Shown: positions 10,626 through 19,945 of the stretch, piece after piece | Numbering within the stretch: position 1 is the first letter of the stretch | How the letters are laid out: each line of letters starts with the position of its first letter | Assembly (NCBI GenBank): GCA_031835245.2 | Contig: JAVKOQ020000024.1 | Location: forward strand, 310,001-340,629 | DNA from: Balamuthia mandrillaris | Lineage: Eukaryota | Direction of reading: 5' to 3' | DNA length: 30,629 nt | Translations under genes and position numbers: made by a program | Notes under the pieces: model-generated | Seen by the model: only the letters and a program-made list of their open reading frames with translations | Told to the model about the DNA's origin: nothing | The model's database searches: none

Positions 10626-12981
10626 ATGGGTCTTTGCAAGTGCAGAACAATCACAGACCTCTATTGCTTTGTGCACAAGAAAGCTGTGTGTGAGCATTGC
10701 GTTTTTCCTGAGCACAAAGTGGTACGTTGAAAGGGGAGACCAAAGAAAGCTCCACCCACCACGCCTACACCTTTCTTCTTCAGCTGAATGAGGCTTGCTT
10801 TCCATCACAGTGCGTCGTTGGTACCTATGTAGAATGGCTTCAAGATCCAGACTATGAACCTCCCACCTGTGCAGTATGTAAGGAAGAGCTCACAGAAGAC
10901 AACGTGCTTCGACTTCTCTGTCTTGGTTAGGGCCTTCCTCTACCTCGTTTTTGTCGCAACTCAGTAATCCCTTGCTTCCCCTACGTAGATATGTTTCACC
11001 CGGAATGCATTGATGTTCATGCTGCTTCCTTTCCCCCCAACACTGCACAAGCTGGCTTCACCTGTCCATCCTGCCTTGTACGTCTCTCTTTCTCTTCCTC
11101 TTTCCCTCTCTAACCAGTTCAGCCCCAAACAGAAAGGCATTATACCCTCCAGCAGTGCTGATTTATCTTCCCCTCTTGCCCAACAATTGCTGCGCCACCT
11201 CAACAACGCTCCTTGGTACAAGGGCAACAACTTGAGTTCCTTGGTAGTTGTCCTTTTTTTTTGTATTCCCTTCATCTCCTCTGTTCACTCCTCTCTCTCG
11301 CTCTCTTCTCTCTCCCTCCCCTGCTCTGCTCTCTGCTCTGCTCTCCACTCTCCTCTTCGTGTTCACCAACAACAAATTGCAGCCTTTACATGATGCTGGG
11401 GAGAGTGCCGTTGCTGAACATGACTCACTTCATGCGCCAGAAAGCAGCAACAGACAAGCAGCCATTCCCCTTCCTCCTGTTCGCCAGGACACTGCATTAG
11501 AAGTAACTACCAGTATGCCAGTGGCTAACACAGGTAAGTGACATGTCGTTTTTCTGTTTTGTTTCCCAAACTACTACCATACAAGCCCCATGGGGTTCCC
11601 TTGAAGTTTTCACGGCCCATGACACCAAATACTACTTGGTTCTCGGGGCTGTGTGAAAACTATTTAAGCAACCGCTCTGTTCCTTCCAGTCGTATCCCAC
11701 AGTCCCTTCATGTCACAAACCACTCCTACTAGCACTGCAACTACTGTCACTACCGCTACCAACACAGTTACCCCTCAAGCCTAGCCGATGTCACTGTAGA
11801 CCTTGTGCTTCGGGTAGGCTTCTCGCATACGCTCAACCTCAGGTTTGAGGTGCTCTCGTTGTCCATGACTGGAGACTCTACAGTGACATCGGCTCGGGCA
11901 TCAACTGGAAGCGCAAGGACTTTGTCACCCTTCTGGAACAGGTCCTTGCTGGACGTGTCGAGGAGGTTGTGGTTGCCCACAGGGACCGCCTCTGCCGGAT
12001 CGCCTTCGAGCTCGTCGAACACATCTTCCGTAAGTGTGGAACCCGTCTCCTGGTGCACCGTCCGGACGACGTCAGTGGCGACGACGATGACCCAGCAGAG
12101 CCAAGCTACGTCCTCGCCGACAAAAAGACCGCCAGAATGCTTTATTCCTGGGGCCATTACCGATTCCGCCAGTGGTTGCTGCATAAGGCGAGGGAGTGGG
12201 GCACCAAGGTCTACGTTCGATCGGAGGCCTGGACCAGCAAGACCTGCACCTGGTGCCTCCGTGTGACCCACGAGCAGAAGAAACCCAACCAGAGAGAGAG
12301 GATCTTCGAGTGCGGGCATAGGGACTGTGGGATACGACTGGATCGAGACATAAATGGAGCGCGCAACATTCTTCTACGGAACCTTGTTGCGTAGCGTTGC
12401 CCGATGGAGCCATATGGGGACGCGCTGATGGGAAAGTGGATGGGCGCTTCTGTAGCCCTCTAGCCCACCCCATCCCCGCATTCTCGCAAGAACTTTCATT
12501 TGTGGGTTTACTCACTTGTGTGACTTTTAATCCATCAGGGGTGGCCTCTCGGAAAGCTCAAAGGAGTAACTACGGGTTTCTGCGTGGGGCAGGTTCTCAG
12601 GTTGAGGATGACGATGATGATGACAAATACCGAAAGCATAGTATCATGCAACTTTTTCGTGGAATCTCGTACGTTGTTGCCCTTTCCTCCTTTTAAACAT
12701 GAAGAACAAGAACGGGCAGAAGGACAGAAAAGAAGAACTAGAAGAACCGATTGGCAAGAGCAAGAGAGGCAAATGAAAGGCGACAAGCTGCTAACCATGG
12801 AGATACTTTCACACCATCACCTAAAAGGCCAAAACAGGAACTATTGCCACTCTCCAGCAAACGGTCTCGTGCATTTAAGTGCACTACTCAGAAAGTACTA
12901 ATTGTGGTGGCGTTGCTTTCAACCCTCGCCACTGTTCTCTTTCTAAGCATGAAACTTAGAGTGGAACCCCTCAACGAATGA
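10626..12981 (+). CDS. ZFPL1: Zinc finger protein-like 1 (Golgi B-box/RING-like, C-terminal TM), 7 exons
   Basis: Exons 10626-10721, 10811-10925, 10989-11077, 11133-11243, 11383-11533, 12539-12668, 12858-12981. Motifs MGLCKC..T.LYCFVHK..VCEHC, YVEWLQDPDY, FHPEC..PPNTAQAGFTCPSC, DDDKYR and a C-terminal hydrophobic anchor. Confidence 0.93.
11586..11661. repeat. Structured left end of the Fanzor element (palindrome plus long hairpin)
   Basis: CCCCATGGGG palindrome at 11586-95; AGTTTTCAC 11605-13 / GTGAAAACT 11653-61; GGCCC / GGGCT; ACCAA 11624-28 / TTGGT 11636-40. Confidence 0.7.
11783..12118 (+). pseudogene. tnpA: IS607 TnpA serine recombinase remnant (N-terminal wHTH missing; catalytic segment 11801-11876 inverted)
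   Basis: + frame from 11879: YSDIGSGINWKRKDFVTLLEQVLAGRVEEVVVAHRDRLCRIAFELVEHIFRKCG. The - strand over ~11885-11784 reads HCRVSSHGQREHLKPEVERMREAYPKHKVYSDIG. Confidence 0.88.
11865..12394 (+). pseudogene. Fanzor2 (eukaryotic TnpB) with large internal deletion: N-terminal overlap segment (11865-~12120) plus RuvC-II/ZnF/RuvC-III (~12120-12394) in a different frame
   Basis: C-terminus KKTARMLYSWGHYRFRQWLLHKAREWG..VRSEAWTSKTCTWC...FECGHRDC..LDRDINGARNILLR keeps catalytic E and D and four Cys. N-terminus SPFWNRSLLDVSRRLWLPTG...SWCTV. RuvC-I (D-x-G) and WED/REC are absent. Confidence 0.9.
12395..12510 (+). ncRNA. Putative Fanzor omegaRNA scaffold (to ~12490) followed by a flank-derived guide
   Basis: Lies directly 3' of the Fanzor stop. 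Long hairpin: GATGGG 12427-32 / CCCATC 12469-74, GTGG 12436-39 / CCAC 12465-68, GGGC 12442-45 / GCCC 12455-58, with a wobble extension 12415-24 / 12477-88. Identity is inferred from known TnpB/Fanzor locus architecture. Confidence 0.55.
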
Positions 12982-13062
12982 GCCAAAAGAAACAGAGAGT
13001 TGAATGAATTTGTACAGTTCAACGAAAAAAACAAATTAGTCCCTCCCTCCTTGACTATTATT

Positions 13063-15625
13063 TCATCGCCTGCCAGTAAGAAAGCGAGCAAGCAAGGAAC
13101 CTGGCCTGTTCTCGTTTATGAGACCAAGCAGCGCTTGCTCAAAATCGGAGAAGAGGTGCGCTAGTGGTGCTGGTTCACTCTAAAGATGTCACAACATTAA
13201 TATGCAGGCTTATGATGCTCCAGAGGAGAACTGACCTTTAATAGAAGATAAGAAGCTGTTCCTGTGGAGGACGAAGCAGGACAGGCCGGTAGAACGCTAA
13301 AGCTCACGCCGCCTAAAAACGCGGCCGTGTGATCACAACACTGTCAGTCACTTAAAACTGAAAGAAAGAAGAGGGCAAGATGAAATACCTGGCAAAGAGG
13401 CTGGGTATAGTATACGCAAGAAAATGCTATAGAATGGGAAGTGATGGAGGCAATGCAGTGCCGTGTAGAACGAGAGGTAAATCGCTAGAACTGCTAAGCG
13501 TGCACCCGTAAAGTAGAGGTAGTAGGCAAATGTGGTAGGCAACAAAAAGAACATAGTGGTGAATAGCAGGGTGCCAAGAATGAGCTGATCAATGTCATAA
13601 GCATAAGAGTCGATGCGCTGCTTTAAAACATTGCGTTTTTTGCCTGCAATGGTCACATTTAGTGGAGCAAAGGAGAGGAGAAAGGGAAAACGAGAAAAAC
13701 TTGCCCCTGAATAGTTTCCATAAAGAAGAGAGGATGTGAAATTGGAAAGCATAGCAGCGCACAGATACTGATAGATTCAAAATAACACAGGTGAGAAATC
13801 CCACGCAATGAATGTTTTAGCAGAGAGTGTGGTCAAGCGACGGGACAATGAGGCTTTGAAACGCCCACCCATCGCCCACCACATCCCTGGCTCCATCGGG
13901 CAACGCTAAACTCCATATGCATTGGCCATGGAGAAATACGAAATTTCACGTACCTGTATAACAATAGAATATGTGGATATGCAGCAATGATAAGATATCT
14001 AACACGAAACTGATCATCATAGATAAGCCGAACAAGCCGCTTAAGGCCACACCTTTCAGCAGCATAGGTATTAGTGGTACTGCAGCCCGCATAACCACTG
14101 TGAAGCAACTGTGAAAAAGAGGTACAGGATTAAAAAAAAAGTGATGGGATACAAACCTTGCCAAGAGCTCAGGAGATAGAGGAAGATGGAACCAAAGAAA
14201 TGAGCAAGTGTATGGTTAAGTTTAATGCCTGCAGGCTTGCCCCCCATCAGCCATTCCACCCCAGCTCTCAGCCGTGAATCACTGAGATGTGACATTTGGT
14301 AAATGAAGTGACAGTCTACTGCTCCTCCCCATTCTTCAGAACTGGCGGATAAAATCTGGCTGTGATTCCAGAGCAACCAAGCCACCAAACAACCCAAAAA
14401 AAGGTCAACAATCAATGACCACACACGGTGATAGCAGCGTTGTTCCAACACTCTCCATGTAGGTGTAGAAGTATTACAGGCGCACAATTGCTTCCATTCC
14501 GTTTGCCAGCTCTGTAGAAAGCAGCGCCTCCGTGCCACCTCCTGGCCTGTCGAGCAACAATATTCATGCGTCAGACAGCAGCAGCAAACGGGTATACGGC
14601 CAGACAAAAGGGTGAGAACGTGGTAACATACCGATGGCGGTGAGGCTTAGTGCGGTGAGGGAAGGGCCGTTGGTGGGATTAGAGAACAAGGAAGGAAACG
14701 GAATGTTGAGTAAGTGCAGTAAAGGCACTGTTAAGGGCTGTAAGAGCCATCCTGCTGTCAACAACAACGAAAGGAAGATGGTCATGCAGCTCTTTCCTCT
14801 TCCGACGGATCTTTCAATGGAGGGATGGCGGGATCCCCTGCTGTTGCGTTGCAAAAATTCACGACAAGGCCAGAGGCTGCTATTAAGGAGGCGGAGAGAC
14901 TCGTCCAGTTGCAAGGAGGGAATTGAGGTTTCTTCTGGTGGGCCAACCACCTGTGGTGTAATCTTGTGGTGCCCAACCACCTGTCGCTGTTGGTGCTGGT
15001 TGGGATGAGCAAATGCTTCTCCTTCTCCAACGTTGTAGCAGGAGGAGGAGAGGGTAAGCGGTTGGGTGGTGTAGAGGGAGTGGTGAAGAGCCGTGGGGTC
15101 GTAGAACAGCACTCGTTGCACCTCCTCTGTTGAATCAACAGCACTTTCAGAAGCTATGTTATACATTGTCAAGCGTCTAAAACGCGGCAGAGAACAGCGT
15201 TGCTTGTCGAGTGGTTCATTCGCCAGAATGTGCAGCCAAGGCTGCTGCCTGTTGGTTGTTGTTGTTGTTGTTGTTGTTGTTGGAGGTGTCCTTTCTGCCT
15301 CCAGTTGAAGTTGGCCCAAAAGCTGAGCACGCTTGGCCAAAGGTTGTTGTTGTAACGTTAAAAGCGCCCTCATTTCAGGTTCAGCACACTGCAAACAAAG
15401 AAGAAGAAGAAGAAGAAGAACAGCAGCAACAGCAGCAGCGAAAAAAAAACATGAGCACTACTGGGAAGAACAAGCTGCACTAGCTTTGTACGAAAAGAGG
15501 AGGACCTGCGAATAAGGGACCACGGCTATCACACATACAAAGCGCGGTGGTACCATCCAGCCAACTAACCAACCTCCTGCTGTAATGTTGTCTGTGGGCA
15601 CATCGACTGGCCAGAAGACCTCCAT
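13063..15625 (-). CDS. PIGQ: Phosphatidylinositol N-acetylglucosaminyltransferase subunit Q (GPI1), 8 exons
   Basis: Starts MEVFWPVDVP...GWLVGW at 15625. Gpi1 motifs DLFLG, WLMGGKPAGIKLN..L, LWKLFRGKKRNVLKQRIDS, DQLILGTLLFT..FFLLPT, LPGG. Ends LARFLTGRR* at 13063. Confidence 0.93.
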
Positions 15626-15789
15626 CTACGCTTTCCTCCGTCTCGGAGACCCCTGTATTTTTTTTTGCTATTCTTTTCTTTTCTGTCGACACAGGGTAAC
15701 CGTTCAACCACACAACACCCGGAATGGAGATAGAGAGAGGTGGTTTTTTTTGTTGTCCTTAGTTCTTATGATCTTTGCGCCGCCTTAGG

Positions 15790-18267
15790 GTTAGGGTAAT
15801 CATCTGTGAGCCTTACCTTGGTGAAGCGTTGCAAAAAACAGCCAAGACCTTGAACAGCTCTTTGTTGGAAGAAAACGAGAAAATAACGCTTATGCAAGGG
15901 CCACGAGAAGAAGAAGGAAATAAAGGCACTAAGAGAAAGTTTAGAGAAGGAGGAACCAAACGTGATGAGGAAGACAAAGTGCTGACTAAAATGCAGAGAC
16001 AAACCACTTGTGAGCCACATACTGACCTGGAAACCACGCCACCGAGCCTCCTCAGGTATTTTGAACGCTAATTATTTTCTACTTATCTTGTTTTTACAAT
16101 CTTTAAAACAGTGTTGCCTCTACTACCGAACCGGAGGAACCATCCCTCGATGCAATCGCAGAATCGGCTCGTAAATTTTGCGGGCAGTTCCTCTTTTCTC
16201 CATGGTACTTTGGAGGGGAAGAAGTGGAGGAAGTATTTCAAAGAATTAAAATATGCCAGCAGGCGTGCTTGCAGCAACGCGAATTCATCGCACTGGTGCA
16301 AGCCACCATGATGGGTGCGTAGGTTATTTTGCCAATTAGAACATTTCAAACAAGAAAAATTATTCAGCAATAATCCAGAGGAACTCTGCACAATCAACCA
16401 AGACATTGACCTCTTCAACGCTTCCTTATTCCATGGCGGAAACAAATACGTTAATTGGATTTTCAACAGGGAGGTTGCCAAGGTATGGCAGGACGACCAG
16501 GAAGCTGTTTCGAAGGAGATCCAAAGTCGTCATGAAAAGCTGACAAAAGAGTTGAGTGCACCAACATTTGCACTAGACGAGTGCCATGTCCTTCTTTCGC
16601 AACCTCGTGAGGCCAAGGCTTTGCTCTTCCATTCTGACTATAAGAACCACGATCAAAATGACGTGCTGCAATGGCAACGCCACGAACGGTTTTCCCTGTG
16701 TTCAGACACCTACCCTTATCCGTGTGAAACGACTCTGTTCTCCGGCTTTCGCTGGGTACTGGAAGAATACCTGTTGAAGCTTGCTCCCCACCAGACTGCC
16801 ATATTCGCATCCACCTTCTTATCTGTTTGGGAACCTCTTATGGACGAAAACCTGTATTCGAGAGAGAAACCTAGCATTGCAAAGGTGATCCTGAAACACA
16901 CACTGACCTCATCCAACCTGATACAGGTACTTATGGAAATGGGGGAAGACACAAGCAAGCTCAACGAAGACCATCCCATCTTATCATTATGGTGCGGCCG
17001 CCCTGGGTTGTTCTTTGACTTTTTCCTGTTCGAATTTCTGGTTCTGCGTAAGTCGGTGCAGGCCTCACCCCTGCAAGACGTTCTTCAACAAACACATGCA
17101 AAGGCCGAGCAACATCTGTACGAGAAGGTTTTGGATCCAGCCTTGCGCAAACTGGAGAAGCTGGACAAGCTCCAAATGTCAAACCTGAGCTTCGGTGTCA
17201 CCGGCAAAGAACTATGTTACTTCCTCGTCTTCAGCTCACGTATCTGCGGTGGAAACATCTTATGCCAGGGGTCATCCGCTCTATCCGAGCTCGTGGCAAA
17301 TGGTTTGGTTATTGTGGAAACATTCAATCACAACCACAAGAGCATCGGTATGATCAAGGAACCCATGATAGAACGTTTTTTGTTGGTGAGAGCCACCAGG
17401 AAGGATGCCCACGCGGCCTGTGACCAGTTTATCGCTGAAAGGATGAATACCGCCACTGGAAGCAACTTTGGCAACGAGGCTGAATATGCAGTGGCCAACC
17501 AGATTCTTGCCTTCTCTGGGCACAGCTTACGGAGTTTGCTCACAAAGTGGGGCTGTGTGGCAGCCGATAAACACATCCCCGAGGGCTTTTATGTCCTTGC
17601 CCAGCGCTCTGCTGCGCTCAACGACCTTAGCGTTGAGTCAACCGAGCTCCTGGGCGACGGATCCCTCCTCAGAGTAACTAGACCACGTGATAGGATCATC
17701 CTGCCAGGTGCCTTGTTCTTTGCTTCTACCGATGACGTTACATTGTGTCTTGTTTCAGTGCAAGTAAAGTGTGTTTCAAACAGGCTCTCTGCTGAAGATT
17801 TTGACCATGCCATCCATAGCTTATGTAGGTACCCTGTCTGTTTATTGGCCTTCTCAACAGACTCCTCACGCCTCAGTGTTTTTTTTCTCAAGGTATCGAT
17901 AAGTTCCTTTATTCTGCAAGCAGCAAAGGTGCATCAAATCCCTACTTTGTTCAAGCTTGTCTTTGCATTGACAGCCCTTCTGTTTTAAAAAGGTCCCCAG
18001 GATACATTCCAGCAAAAGTGGAAAGAATTTGTTGAAACAGACAAGCAGGTCTCCTTTGTTCGAGTGTTGATATGCACTGCTGGGTGGACATATAAACAAA
18101 AACAATCCATTCACACTTATAACTTGCAACATTCAAACCAACCCATACTATTAGCAGGAGCAAAGAAACAAAAGGCTATTTTTGGCTCCCTGTGTGCAAA
18201 GGCTATAAAACAACATGTTCAGAAAGAAGGAACACACATCCACAAAAAAAAAAAGGAAAGCCAATAG
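15790..18267 (+). pseudogene. Probable Crinkler-type NTPase + restriction-endonuclease-fold (CR-NTPase/REase) gene, damaged
   Basis: Exon 16112-16315 ends FIALVQATMMG (P-loop-like lead-in). The 557-aa ORF has LWCGRP, LVANGL, IKEPMI, GNEAE and LPGALFF...VSVQVK (PD-(D/E/Q)xK-like). The same frame continues past TAA at 17986-88 (KGPQDTFQQKW...FVRVLIC). Start exon uncertain. Confidence 0.5.
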
Positions 18268-19429
18268 CAAAACTTGAGTGAGTTTTCATTTTTCAACAAA
18301 TAATGATTTTTCTGAAATTTAATTATTTTCATTGTTTTTCCTCTATTCTCTTGAATAAACTTCTTTCATTATCCAAGGTTTCACTAACAATATAAAGAAT
18401 ACTCCGATTTTCATTCATCTTCTTTTGTGATTGTACTATGTTAAAACAGATACAGATTGAAGGCAGCTATCCTTGCAATGGACTCAACATTTACAATTTG
18501 TTCACACTTCACTTTCAACACCTTTCTTCTTCCTAAAAACCGCCAATGTCTAGAGCAGAGTCAAAAGTGGTTGTTGTTACAACCTAGCTTTGGGTTATGT
18601 CAATTCCTCTCTCTTATAACCCTGCTCCTAGACATAAAAGATTGATGACAGCTGACATGAGATCGTCAACAGAAAAGAGAAAAGAATAAAGAAAGAAACG
18701 AAGAATGAAAGATCTACTTCATGTGTATATTTTTTCTCTTTAATTCTGTTATTTTCTCCTTTTTCCATGTTATTCCTACTCCTTTAGGAATACAATACAT
18801 AGACATCAGCTGGGCTTGCCTGCCATCATCACTGTCCTTGCCCATGCTGTTGTTATTGCTCTTGTCATATTGTCTTTGTCCTTGCTATTGCTGCTGTTGG
18901 CGAGTCTGCATTGCCATGTTAGAAAACCAACAATTTACTTCATTATGACTTCCTATTGACACTCTCCCTAGATATCCCAAATTTTCTCACCTTTTTTATT
19001 TTCCCTTTTCCTCATGATACATTCAAAGCACACATTGCTCCATACCTTTTTCCTGTGAATAAACCCAGAGTTGCTTATATGCCATCCCTTTCTTGATCCA
19101 CTGGGTTTATTCCCCATCATATGTATAAGGAAGTGACTTGACAAAAAGGAGTGATAACAGGAACAAACCCAGTTATTGTTTAATAGCACTGTGACACTTT
19201 TACTTTTGGTTAAAGCTATCTTTCTGGATAGTTCTCTGCTTGCCTTTGCCCCTTGCTTTGTTTACTTACCTTCATAACAGTGAAATTCCTAAATGAGATA
19301 ACTTCACAGCCCTCAGCAAGGGCTGGGTAGAGTTGTTCAATGTGTTTCTTATGCAGAACATTGATCTTACTTTTTGCTTTGTTATTTCTAAAAGTAATAG
19401 TAGATATGTTTTTATAGTGCAGAGTTGGT

Positions 19430-19945
19430 TTGTCAGCGAGTTTGATATTTTTTTTTTGATTTTACTTTTTTTCCCACATAGTGATTCATACTCTTCTGTC
19501 ACCTCTTTCTCAGGTAGAAAATGAGCTTAGAAGGTGAAACTACTTGTGCTTGATGTGCCATAGTTCAGAGTAGTAGTGGGTATATGTTCATAGAGTTAAG
19601 TTGGTCTACAAAAGAGTTCACTATTTTTTTCTGACTTTTTTTTCCCAGGTAGCAACCCACAGTCTTCTGTCACCTCTATCTTGGGTAGGGAATGAGCTCA
19701 GAAGGAAAAACTACTTGCATTTAATGCACCATGGTTCAGAGTAGCTGCGGGTATACTCTTATTGTGTTGTTGATTTGCAAGAGAGTTTGCTATTTCTTTT
19801 TGACCTTTCTTTTTTTTCTCACATAGTGACCTATGCTCTTCTGCAATGTCTATCTCAGGTTCTTAGAAGGTAAAACTAGTGTTGCATATACCATGCCTCA
19901 GAATATTGTGGGTATGTGTTCATGGAGTGTTGTCGGTTTTGTCAC
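19430..19945. repeat. Degenerate tandem repeat, ~171-174 bp x3, plus a partial copy at ~20208-20237
   Basis: CTTCTG(TCACCTCT) recurs at 19493, 19664 and 19838, followed by AGAAGG..AACTA and GGGTAT. GAGAGTTTG.TATTTCTTTTTGACCTTTCT occurs at 19781 and 20208. Confidence 0.75.

Larger units (their letters stand above)
11586..12490 (+). mobile_element. Non-autonomous, rearranged IS607-type Fanzor2 transposon inside ZFPL1 intron 5 (11534-12538)
   Basis: Serine recombinase motifs (YSDIGSGINWKRK, VVVAHRDRLCRIAFEL), Fanzor2 N-terminal motif (PFWN..LWLPT) and TnpB/Fanzor C-terminus. Ends are inferred from CAAG at 11582-11585 and 12487-12490; removing the element leaves a 100-nt intron. Confidence 0.85.

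Noticed and set aside
11768..12319. 183-aa minus-strand ORF
   Set aside because: Antisense shadow of GC-rich coding DNA. Only its tail is meaningful, as part of the inverted segment.
11534..12538. Element as an IStron (group I intron-TnpB) or an intron-creating introner
   Set aside because: No group I core was recognised. The GTAAGT donor and CAG acceptor lie outside the inferred element ends, so it appears inserted into a pre-existing spliceosomal intron.
15785..15796. TTAGGGTTAGGG telomere-like repeat
   Set aside because: Only two units, coinciding with a splice acceptor and exon start.
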